Origin: Octopus vulgaris | Lineage: Eukaryota | Direction of reading: 5' to 3' | Assembly (NCBI GenBank): GCA_951406725.2 | Contig: OX597820.1 | Span: forward strand, 124,434,001-124,498,000 | Length of the DNA: 64,000 bases | Shown: one piece after another, positions 42,282 through 54,819 of the stretch | Layout: each line of letters begins with the position of its first letter | How positions within the stretch are numbered: position 1 is the stretch's first letter | Made by a program: the position numbers and the translations under genes | Notes under the pieces: model-generated | Told to the model about the DNA's origin: nothing | Seen by the model: the letters and a program-made list of their open reading frames with translations, nothing else | Databases searched by the model: none

Positions 42282-42359
42282 GCGGCTGAAGTAGGCCACA
42301 GACATACATTATGCATTGTTATAAATCTGTCTAATAAAGGCCCGAAACATATGTACCGC
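42282..42359 (+). ncRNA. Inverted HHR copy with core substitution (CTGAAGT)
   Basis: Mirror of 41927-42004, with A9 changed to T. Confidence 0.6.
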
Positions 42360-42392
42360 TGAATCCTTGGCATCATGTTTTTATTTTGATCA

Positions 42393-42433
<41 letters not shown>

Positions 42434-42583
42434 TAGGGAATAAATCCAAACTTACAGGGAAAAATCAGATTTAGGATTAAATCCAATTTTGTAGTATAAA
42501 TATATTATATTATATTATATATATTAAATAAGAGATAAAACCACTATTAGGCAAATCAAACAATGAAAAACATAAGCCAATAC

Positions 42584-42632
<49 letters not shown>

Positions 42633-43103
42633 TATACATATGTATGAATGTATGTAAGTATGTGTGTGCGTTGCCACACTTTCACTTTAAATAATTCTCC
42701 ATTTATGTCTGTTTGTCATCTTTTCGAGAGCAACAAATAACATACCTGTCTAGGATAGCGGATTGCAGTAACTCCCAGGGCTTTCATATTTTGCGGTATG
42801 TACTCCATGCTCTTTACTTACTGTTTTCATATGCGCCTGCTATACCTAACTTGCAATTTAATAATTGACTGATCGGACTTCACGAATGGTGTCATTGTAT
42901 TATTCGTCCAATTGGTGCCACTTCCCCGTAACCAGAAAACTGCCCATTTCCATAACCGAAACAGAAAGAACATTACAGCAGAAATCACTCCTTCTCTCTC
43001 TCTTTGTGTCTCTGTCTCTTTCCAACTTTCTCTCTCTCTCTCGCTCTATCTACCTTTCTATTTATCTGTTTGTCTATCTATTTATCTATCATCTATCAAC
43101 TAC

Positions 43104-43173
<70 letters not shown>

Positions 43174-43205
43174 TTTATTTTAAGCAGCAGAAAATTCAAC
43201 AAAAT

Positions 43206-43243
43206 CTGTTACTCTGAGTTTCTCGTTGCCGTTCATCAGACAG
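43206..43243 (-). ncRNA. Minimal type I hammerhead motif in an ~85 bp island between (TA)n tracts
   Basis: Reverse complement: ctgt-CTGATGA-acg gcaa cga-GAAAC-TCAGA-GTA-acag. Stem II is GNRA-capped, with a mismatched closing pair. Confidence 0.65.
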
Positions 43244-43252
43244 TTTTTGCTA

Positions 43253-43366
<114 letters not shown>

Positions 43367-43367
43367 A

Positions 43368-43870
<503 letters not shown>

Positions 43871-46804
43871 CATACATACATACATATATACATACATACG
43901 TGCGGATGGCTGGTGTACGCAAAAAGAGATATATATAATATATATTTTATCTATCAATTTGTATCTGTCCATATATGCATATGCACGTAATTGTGTCAGT
44001 ATATGTGTGTATATGAATGCTTATACCTATATGCATGCACAAACACACAAACCGTCGTACACACACACGCGCAAAAGCATGACTGCGCGCGCACAGACAC
44101 ATATATGTACACCTGGAAATATGTCGAATTAGTGTATTTATTGCAGATTATATTTGATGACAGAACAACCCAATTCAACATGAAAGTCCTTAGATACATA
44201 CTTCATAATCTGAAATGGACGTCCCAGAGTGATTTTCAGAAAATATATTGTATAGTTTAACCAACCACATTGATTGCACTTAGCTTCCGTACACAAAATT
44301 GAACCCGCACTTCTTTGGGTTGCTGTGAGGTTATGGAAATGGACAGTTTTATGGAAAAGGACAGCTCGGTATACGAAACACGTGTGATAAATATTCGCTT
44401 ATTCGTGCACCATGAATCAATTCTACCACATTAATCACAAACACAGTAATCACAGCACTACGAATAGTAATCGATATAACTTGACAAACGGCTCAAAGAA
44501 TGAGTTGCAGTTTTGATAGTTGAATCAAATCATTAATCCTCGTGATATGAGAAGAAATATATATTAGAAAGCAAATGAAAAAGAAAGAAAAGAAAAATGA
44601 GGTTCGTAAGGCAAGAAGTGGTAGGAAAATCCATGAGGGAATAGTCAAGACTGATTAAGAAATATTGCTTGCGCACTTTTTCGTCTCACCAGACATTCCA
44701 AACGTGTATGATTACTAATTGTAGAAGAATTAATATATGAGAGCAACTGTGAGGATATCATTATTCTTTCTTTCTCACTTTTTTTACTTTCGTCTTTTTT
44801 TCTTTTTCGTGAGACGGGATATTTTGACAAAGATTAAATACACAAGCGAGTATAACAAATAAGGAATGAATAGAACACGGGCACGGGCGGAGATAAATGC
44901 GCGTAAAGAGAAGAAAAAGCGGAATGACAGGAAAAATGGAGTATATAGACAAACAAGATTCAGAACAATGGAAGCTGAGAAGAATAGAAACTATATAAAA
45001 TGAGTGTAGGAGGAAGAAAGCAGTGTCAGTGAAGGAAGAGCAGGGATAGCAGAAAATGTTTATAAGAAGGACTATAAAAATATGGCAGAATAAGAAAAAG
45101 AAGAGAGTGGAGAGTAAGAAGAGAATGCCATTATGTGTTTGCATGTTCAGTGGGTGTTGCAGAGGATAATGTTCGATATCGGAAGGGAATAAGTGCAGCA
45201 GATTGAAAAAATTAAGATCGATATGAAAATGAAGCGTGGAGAAAGAGAAAATAAAATCCTCAGTTGTGATAGAAAGATTGAATATGTGAAATGCTGGATG
45301 CACATGCACGCAAAGAGCAAAGTGAGACGGAGTCTGGTAAATTATATAACAGCTAATTCATAAACTAATATAAAGTAAAAAATAAATTCATTACGCACAT
45401 TGTAAATAATTGAAACTGAAGTTGTAAAATATAATGCATATTAAAATCTAAACAATGTATCGTAAATTCAATTTAGAAATGAATTGATCCGATTTATCTG
45501 AATTAAGTGGAATTAGAATTACTTTTTTTTAATGCATATTTGAACGATTTACTCTATCGATAGCGTGTAGCACTGAAATTTTCGCTATAGCTCCACGAAT
45601 CGTGTTTTAAAACGAAGCCTGGTTGTCTCTAAACCATATGCGTTAAGCATTTATAATGCAACTAGTGCGTACGACACTAAAAATACTCAATGGGAAGACC
45701 ATTACTGAATGTGATAAACACTCATAATAACACTTGTGGAGTGCATTTCTAAAAATTGAAACCAGGCGAATAATTTAATGCCACATTTTGTTACCAAGGA
45801 GTACTATTTAAAAAAAATATCCACTGCAATTCATTGACGAATATTGTATTTCATATATAGGCAAGAATGATATACGACACTTTGATGTTGATTATTAATA
45901 TAAATTTTATATACACGGCTATAATGTTTGGTCATGTAGCTTATAAGGAAAGCTTCCGGCCAGTATAAAATCATAATTGTTTGGTTGGCAGTAACATTAG
46001 GTGGACGGTAAAATGCGTAACAGTGTCTTCATGTGTTCTAACTCAAATATAAGTGTGTCTCTAAAGTAAAGTACTACTCAAGTATTGGAGTCGAGGCTAT
46101 TATCAAATCATCTAACCCTCGAATTTGGTGGTGAGTGAAATGTGCAATTTGTTTCTTGAACTAACGTTTTCCCTCCGTTACTTAGCCCGTCTGAAACGTT
46201 TCCGCATGTATTACTGAAAGGAAAGGTGGAGAGCGTCCGAAAAAGAGGGATGAAGACAAAGAAGAGAGAAAAGGAGGGTAAGCCGAAGAATGAGAGAAAA
46301 TGGGGGAGTGATGTGTATTAAGTCTATAAAATTGTGCATAAAGTGTATATATAAAGTGCAATAAGTAATCATCATATAGCATATTTCATTCACTTTTCAA
46401 TTGTTAGCAGATGCGTGACTATCTTTTGATACAGACACAACACAGGCTATTTGTTCAGATTTTGGGGAGAAAAAATTCAGAAACAACTCAGTAAATTTAC
46501 CATTTATTCCGTGAAATATTTACGGGTCACGCTAGATTTTGAGAACTCTGTGAAGGTTTCGTCCAGTTCCAAGTAACACAAATTCTGTAGAGAGTCTATT
46601 TTCACAGGTGGAGAGGAATATGAAGATGAAGAGAAAAGTACTGCTTTCCAGCATATTTATTGATGGGTAAGCGAGAGTTGTAAACATGGTACGTGTTAAA
46701 AGGCTTATGTCAATCGATTGAACGAAAACAAGCAAGGAAGTTTACTTGTCAGGGGTCAGGCTGGCCATGATTTTTTTTAATTTGTACTTAATCCTCTTTT
46801 TCGA

Positions 46805-47640
46805 TGATAATAATAATAATAATGAATTCTTTATCAACCACAAGGGTTTACATTAAGAAAGTCATTATGGACGGCACAGGACAAGACAAAGAATGTGAGT
46901 GCGTCTTGCTGTGAATGTTTTGCGAGTAAACATGACTATCAAAATAAAAAAAAGAAGAGAGAAATCAAATATGTCTAATCTTCAATATAGAGGAGACGTT
47001 CGGGGGCTGCTCATAGAAAACACCCATAAAATACCATGGGTAACCTGACTTTCGAGGAAAGTGCATTTTTCCTTGACTTTTTCCCAACTACAGGCCCGTT
47101 CACTCGCACCATTCTCGCCACTTTCATCCAACTTTCAGAGAACTGGCTAGAAGAAACCATTTCCTTCTCTACCCTTATTTTACTTTTCAAGTGAAACATA
47201 AAGTAGTTCTTCCGGGATTGGCCAAAGAGAAAAATATTTGTCTTCAGACACGTCAATCTCGTCCACCATACAAGCTCTTCCGCCATGCCACCGAGAGGCT
47301 AGCCATTGGGTCCCACATTTGAAACACTCAGACGTTGTTTTAACGAAGGTCTGAGAGATCTTTCTCGAAAAAGTGGCCCTGTTGTACTTTTCGTTCGTTT
47401 TTTTCAACAAAAATACTGCTTTCATCTGTTCTCTTTTTCAGCGCGAAGTCGCTTCTCACACTCTCTTTTATTGACGTTTAGGGACGGTCCTCACTCTCGC
47501 CCCCTCTCTCACATATGAGCGTCACCATGTTATTTTGTGTGTTTTCCATGTTGGTGGGGAAAACGCAAACAACTATGGCTGAAAAACAATATCAGTTGAT
47601 CTTTTTCCCCAAACTAGGGGACAAAACAGGGTCAGGTCCA
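46805..47640 (-). mobile_element. Deleted LINE (L1/Tx1-like ORF2 C-terminus, 3' UTR, (ATT)n tail)
   Basis: The peptide EELVWWTRL...FMFHLKSKIRVEK...F.E.W resembles Tx1/L1 ORF2 ends. The minus strand terminates gataaagaattcattattatt. The clade call is tentative. Confidence 0.5.
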
Positions 47641-48210
47641 GGTTTTTGCAAATTACCCAGTGAATATATTGTGCAGTTCTATCATCCCTGTTGAAATATT
47701 TTGTAGGGACAAGACGACTGCACATAGAGACAGCATGATCAACGGTTTCATTTTGTTGTTGATATATACGACATGTGCTACTGCCATTCTATATTATATT
47801 GGCCTGATAGTTTCTTGGAGGTAGGCATTGATCTTAAGCTGCTATGATAAACGCTTCCGTTCCTGATTTTATGCCAGAAGCCATTAACCATCATCGGTAA
47901 GGGCTTTGTCCGTATCAGCATTATCAGCTCTCTTGGAGTACTTGCCATTGTGAGGTTTACTAAGGCAGCACGTTAAGCTTTTTCTGTGATTATTTCTAGT
48001 ACGTCTAAATCTGAAATTTATTGTATTTGGAATTCACTTATATATTATTTTGCCTGTTTTGTTACTGGGTATGATGCTTTCTTCTTTTCATGTTTCAGAA
48101 TTTTTTTCAGGCAGGTGTGGAGGCCAATTGTGGCAATCGTCATTGTTAATTTTAATTTTAACGTTAGATGTTTCTGTCATTTTCCTTTGATAAAGGTAGC
48201 TTTTGCACAT
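47640..48210 (-). mobile_element. Deleted fragments of an R4/Dong-like element adjoining (TAA)n
   Basis: Reverse-complement matches to 20097-20148, 20540-20700, 20800-20925 and 20975-21110. Confidence 0.85.
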
Positions 48211-48259
48211 TAACTTATTATTATTCTTATTGTTGTTGTTGCTGTCATTATAATGATAA

Positions 48260-48312
<53 letters not shown>

Positions 48313-48336
48313 TTATAATAATAATATAATATTATA

Positions 48337-48370
<34 letters not shown>

Positions 48371-48373
48371 GTA

Positions 48374-48429
<56 letters not shown>

Positions 48430-48733
48430 TATATCTTCATCATCGCCATCATCATTATCATCATCCTCACAATTATCACAAGTGGCTTATTTTCAAGAAA
48501 CTTTGTATTATACATGGAAATGTCCATTTCCCGAACATTCAAAGTAATGACATTTATTACATACCAGTCTCTATCAAACTTTCTAACTGCGTCGTTAAAC
48601 AATATGCATATAAATAATTCTTGGCTTTCTTTAACATACACAATGTAAGATACTACGTTTCACGAAAACAAAATGATGTTTGAATTTCCGTAGCAGCTAT
48701 TGTTATATGAAGCTTACAATGTATATACATAAA

Positions 48734-48899
<166 letters not shown>

Positions 48900-49883
48900 T
48901 TGCATACAAATATATTTATATAGAAATAATGTTAGTGTGGGTTTTGCCATTATATCATTTGCAATAGTTTGTATGCATTTATATTCTCATAAGATTATGT
49001 AAAGCAGATTGAACCACCCGTTCATCCATCAATCGGTGCATGTATACACCTACACAATGTATGTGTTTGTGTGTTTGTGTGTGTATACATATATGCATAA
49101 ATGCGTACTTACAAACATACATAAATACATACATTGACACATGCATAGATACACACCCGCACACAGACAAACGCACAAGCACATATATATTTACAAAGAT
49201 ATACATATATATTTATGCCCAAAATGAAGTCTTACTCTTTCGTGATGTATACAGATCTATAATTTAAACGGTGATAATAAAAACGATTATAGGACCAGTT
49301 ACAGGATATGCGACCTTCTATATTTGTTGAGTATGAATGTGTAATCTTTATTTCTCCGTTTTCTGTGATTTGCAGAAGTTTGAAACATGTTTGTGGCATG
49401 TAAAACAAATCATCTGAAATCATGTATATTTTCAAACATTTCCGTCGATATTTATTGCACTATTTCCATCTATTAAGTGGGAAGCACAAGTTATTTCCTA
49501 CAAAATGGAATTTCCACAATCTGAATAATGGTCCTATATTTTGGAATTATTCATTTGTACGTTCATATTAACACTTCGGGCACAAGACAAGGTTTCGGGT
49601 CAATGGTGTTTTTTTATTAATTAAAAAATGCCTTACTAAACTGAAGAAAATGTTTATCCTTTTGCTTTTGCTCAGGAATAGACCATTAGGCATTTCGTAA
49701 ATGAGATCCAGTGTCTATGTTGTGAAACAAACCCATCATATGCATTTCCTTCAATATTGAAAGGTTTAAAATATTTCAGTTTTGCAATCTAATATTTTTA
49801 AGATTTAGTTGGCAACAGAGCACGTATGCAGCATATTTAAAATGTGCAGTATTCGGCATCAATTTGAGGGGAATGTGCCTAAA

Positions 49884-49943
<60 letters not shown>

Positions 49944-49946
<3 letters not shown>

Positions 49947-50772
49947 TAAGTAGCTGAATGAATTATCCTAGTATGGATAATTCGGTTAACCGATACCCGG
50001 GTATCGAATTTACATCAGAAAGCACTGCACTGGCAGAAACACACCTTCCACTCATATGAATGATGATTAATATAGATAACCTCCTTGAATTTAATAATTT
50101 GGTTCCACATCTACAACAACACCATAGATAAATTTTTTTATACTCCGTTACTTGAAGGCCTACTACCAAATTCGTTGGGGTATGTTCAACCTTTGTCTCT
50201 CTACCTCTCCCCCCTCTCTCTCTCTCTCTCCCTCTCTCTATCATGAGCACAATCGAACACACAGACACAAACCTGTCACTTCACCACTAGATATATTTAG
50301 CATTATCCCCCACACAAACAATCACGCACACATATACACACACATAGACACGAATGCAGTTATATACATATACACACATAGGCACTCAATCTCATTGGCA
50401 AAGCAAACAACAATGCATCACCATACATACGACTTGCACTCTGTCACCCCCCTATTCTTAGAACCTGCCCCTTCCAACCATTTTTGAACTCTTGAACTTT
50501 TTAGAATCTTATCCATCCAACTAATTTTGACGTCACTGCTTATAACGGAATATTTTAAAGAAACACTCATTATCACTATGGACTCCGTGTAGGCAGTCAT
50601 CTAAAAGTTTTTGTTCGTCATGATGCTGACATAAGTTCCTTGTCTTTCCTGATGAGAAGACGGCATAATGCACCCTTTATTCCTTCGGAATTAAGAATAT
50701 GCAGTCTTCGAAACACATGTCGAGAACAAAGGAATTTTGTTAAATCGTCGTTGGACTCCATTCTTTCATTTA

Positions 50773-50807
<35 letters not shown>

Positions 50808-51662
50808 TACATATATATATATATATGTTTAAGTAGCTGAATGAATTATCCTAGTATGGATAATTCGGTTAACCGATACCCGGGTATCAAATTTACATCA
50901 GAAAGCACTGCACTTTCGGCCTCACTTTTCAAAGAATACTGAAGGAGTGGCTCTCTAGACAGGACATTTTCCACTCATATGAATGATGATTAATATAGAT
51001 AACCTCCTTGAATTTAATAATTTGGTTCCACATCTACAACAACACCATAGACACATTTTTTTATACTCCGTTACTTGAAGGCCTACTACCAAATTCGTTG
51101 GGGTATGTTCTACCTTTGTCTCTCTACCTCCGCCCTCTCTCTCTCTCCCTCTCTCTATCATAAGCACAATCGAACACACAGACACAAACCTATCACTTCA
51201 CCACTAGATATATTTAGCATTATCCCCCACAAAAACAATCACGCACACATATACACACACAGTCACGAATGCAGTTATATAGATATACACACATAGGCAC
51301 TCAATCTCATTGGCAAAAGCAAACAACAACGCATCACCATACATACGACTTGCACCCTGTCACCCCACTATTCTCAGAACCTGCCCCTTCCAACCATTTT
51401 TGAACTCTTCAACTTTTTAGAATCTTATCCATCCAACTAATTTTGACGTCACTGCTTATAACGTAATATTTTAAAGAAACACTCATTATCACTATGGACA
51501 CCGTGTAGGCAGTCATCTAAACGTTTTTGTTCGTCATGATGCTGACATGAGTTCCTTGTCCGCTTTATTCCTTCGGAATTAAGAATATGCAGTCTTCGAA
51601 ACATATGTCGAGAACAAAGGAATTTTGTTAAATCGTCGTTAGACTCCATTCTTTCATTTATC
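49944..51662 (+). mobile_element. Two direct copies (~830 bp) of an HHR-bearing element, each bounded by (TA)n
   Basis: 49944-50774 and 50827-51662 align end to end with scattered substitutions and indels. Confidence 0.9.
50645..50725 (+). ncRNA. Type I hammerhead ribozyme motif, intact core
   Basis: tttc-CTGATGA-gaagac g gcata...tatgc a gtcttc-GAAAC-ACAT-GTC-gaga. Predicted cleavage is after C50721. Confidence 0.85.
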
Positions 51663-51680
51663 TATATATATATATATCCC

Positions 51681-51769
<89 letters not shown>

Positions 51770-51770
51770 A

Positions 51771-52178
51771 GGCGCAGGAGTGCCTGTGTGGTAAGTAGCT
51801 TGTTTACCAACCACATGGTGCCGGGTTCAGTCCCACTGCGTGGCACCTTGGGCAAGTGTCTTCTACTATAGCCTCTGGCCGACCAAAGCCTTGTGAGTGG
51901 ATTTGGTAGACAGAAACTGAAAGAAGCCCGTCGTATATATGTATATATGTATATGTATATGCGTGTGTGTGTTTGTGTGTCTATGTTTGTCCTCCTAGCA
52001 TTGCTAGACAACCGATGCTGGTGTGTTTATGTCCCCGTCACCTAGCGGTTCAGCAAAAAATACTGATAAAATAAGTACTGGGCTTACAAAAGAATAAGTC
52101 CCGGGGTCGAGTTGCTCGATTAAAGGCGGTGCTCCAGCATGGCCGCAGTCAAATGACTGAATCAAGTAAAAGAATAAA

Positions 52179-52179
<1 letters not shown>
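51771..52179 (+). mobile_element. SINE family A, full length
   Basis: tRNA-like head, gcaccttgggcaagtg, internal TA/TG tract and 3' tail gactgaatcaagtaaaagaat. Confidence 0.9.
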
Positions 52180-52219
<40 letters not shown>

Positions 52220-52571
52220 TGTATGTGTGTGTATGCATATACGCACGTGCCTGCACGCTTGTGTGTGTATAGACACATGCATACTTGTAAAATTACATAG
52301 ATTTTTTTTTGTTTCTTAGATCCGATCAATTGTGCACACTTTAGAAAGCTCATTTGAATCATATAAAAAAACATTCTTTATCTACACCATATTCAGAAAT
52401 TTAATATATGCTTAACTGCAGCAACTTCTTCAGTTTAAATTGAACTGAATGACCTGATATTAAGTCTGACATTTTTTCAAAACTAAAATATTCGTGTTTG
52501 AAGAGAAAGACATATTTTTTGACTTGCAAATAGAAATGGGAAATTACCCACAGGAAAAAAACCGGAATGGC

Positions 52572-52616
<45 letters not shown>

Positions 52617-52898
52617 CAACAATTGAGGGTAAAATTAATTAATTATTAATCAATTTCACCAAGTGTTCAGTATGCAAAGGGACCATTTAAGGCGAATTAA
52701 AATTATTACATTATATAAAAGGGCTTAGTAAAATAAATTACTTTGCCGCATACTGAACTCATTAGAAATAGCAGCTAAAAAACTTTTTTAAAACTATTTC
52801 TAATACTTAAAGAAAACCTCTCTCATATAGTGTTTGCTCAACTCAACTCACGAAAGTTTGGGGGTAAAGACATCAAAAAATCAAATGCAAAGGTTATT

Positions 52899-52950
52899 TG
52901 AGAACGTACGTTTCAAGATTAGTCAACACGACACTTCTATCATCAGCTCA
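52899..52950 (-). ncRNA. Hammerhead-like motif, unit 1
   Basis: Reverse complement: tgag-CTGATGA-taga agt gtc gtgtt gac taa tctt-GAAAC-GTAC-GTT-ctca. Stem III is the palindrome AACGTACGTT. The U10.1/U11.1 pair and GUU triplet are non-canonical. Confidence 0.65.
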
Positions 52951-53458
52951 GAAACTCCTTGGTTTGGATTTGAAAACACTGAAAGTGAGAGCATACCCTT
53001 TCGGCTTCTCATCGCTTTCGAAGATCTGCTCGTAACTAACAGTGCCAACAAACTCAAATATGCAAGCGAAGAATTTCTGTTCTCCCCTTTCCACCAGCGT
53101 GGGTTAAAATCAGCAAACACTATGCTTATTTCGGTAAAATCCGAAGCATTAATTAGAGGGAGATTAATTATAATTTCAACAATTGAGGGTAAAATTAATT
53201 AATTATTAATCAATTTCACCAAGTGTTCAGTATGCAAAGGGACCATTTAAGGCGAATTCAAATTATTACATTATATAAAAGGGCTTAGTAAAATAAATTA
53301 CTTTGCCGCATACTGAACTCATTAGAAATAGCAGCTAAAAAACTTTTTTAAAACTATTTCTAATACTTAAAGAAAACCTCTCTCATATAGTGTTTGCTCA
53401 ACTCAACTCACGAAAGTTTGGGGGTAAAGACATCAAAAAATCAAATGCAAAGGTTATT

Positions 53459-53510
53459 TGAGAACGTACGTTTCAAGATTAGTCAACACGACACTTCTAT
53501 CATCAGCTCA
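53459..53510 (-). ncRNA. Hammerhead-like motif, unit 2
   Basis: Identical to 52899-52950. Confidence 0.65.
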
Positions 53511-54016
53511 GAAACTCCTTGGTTTGGATTTGAAAACACTGAAAGTGAGAGCATACCCTTTCGGCTTCTCATCGCTTTCGAAGATCTGCTCGTAACTAAC
53601 AGTGCCAACGAACTCAAATATGCAAGCGAAGAATCTCTGTTCTCCCCTTTCCACCAGCGTGGGTTAAAATCAGCAAACACTATGCTTATTTCGGTAAAAT
53701 CCGAAGCATTAATTAGAGGGAGATTAATTATAATTTCAACAATTGAGGGTAAAATTAATTAATTATTAATCAATTTCACCAAGTGTTCAGTATGCAAAGG
53801 GACCATTTAAGGCGAATTCAAATTATTACATTATATAAAAGGGCTTAGTAAAATAAATTACTTTGCCGCATACTGAACTCATTAGAAATAGCAGCTAAAA
53901 AACTTTTTTAAAACTATTTCTAATACTTAAAAAAACCTCTCTCATATAGTGTTTGCTCAACTCAACTCACGAAAGTTTGGGGTAAAGACATCAAAAACTC
54001 AAATGCAAAGGTTATT

Positions 54017-54068
54017 TGAGAACGTACGTTTCAAGATTAGTCAACACGACACTTCTATCATCAGCTCA
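54017..54068 (-). ncRNA. Hammerhead-like motif, unit 3
   Basis: Identical to 52899-52950. Confidence 0.65.
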
Positions 54069-54330
54069 GAAACTCCTTGGTTTGGATTTGAAAACACTGA
54101 AAGTGAGAGCATACCCTTTCGGCTTCTCATCGCTTTCGAAGATCTGCTCGTAACTAACAGTGCCAACAAACTCAAATATGCAAGCGAAGAATTTCTGTTC
54201 TCCCTTTCCACCAGCGTGCATATTTGAGTTTGTTGGCACTGTTAGTTACGAGCAGATCTTCGAAAGCGATGAGAAGCCGAAAGGGTATGCTCTCACTTTC
54301 AGTGTTTTCAAATCCAAACCAAGGAGTTTC

Positions 54331-54382
54331 TGAGCTGATGATAGAAGTGTCGTGTTGACTAATCTTGAAACGTACGTTCTCA
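54331..54382 (+). ncRNA. Hammerhead-like motif, inverted copy
   Basis: tgagCTGATGAtagaagtgtcgtgttgactaatcttGAAACgtacGTTctca, read directly on the plus strand. Confidence 0.65.
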
Positions 54383-54459
54383 AATAACCTTTGCATTTGA
54401 TTTTTTGATGTCTTTACCCCCAAACTTTCCTTCTTCAAATCCAACACATATATATATAT

Positions 54460-54570
<111 letters not shown>

Positions 54571-54726
54571 AGAAGATAAATTTTACATGTATATGCATAC
54601 TCATAGGCAAGCATTTATACCGAATATATTTTCCATTCCATACCTGGCCTATAGAAGTTGCATATTTTCCTTCCTATTCATTTCAGAAAATACTTTCCCA
54701 TTGAACTAAACCATTTGTAGAAGTGT

Positions 54727-54819
<93 letters not shown>

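Larger units (their letters stand above)
41820..42397. mobile_element. HHR-bearing element with a 248 bp near-perfect inverted duplication, between (TA)n tracts
   Basis: Arms are 41889-42136 and 42150-42397, with a 13 nt spacer and about 5 mismatches. Confidence 0.9.
52611..54429 (-). mobile_element. Tandem array of 560 bp HHR-bearing units (2.9 copies) plus 213 bp inverted copy, between (TA)n tracts
   Basis: Units start at 52611, 53171 and 53731. The inverted segment spans 54217-54429. Confidence 0.92.

Noticed and set aside
41910-42376. Twin ORFs MMPRIQRY... on opposite strands
   Set aside because: A by-product of the palindrome, with no domain similarity evident.
52611-54218. CRISPR-like array
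   Set aside because: Whole 560 bp units are repeated with no unique spacers, and the context is eukaryotic.
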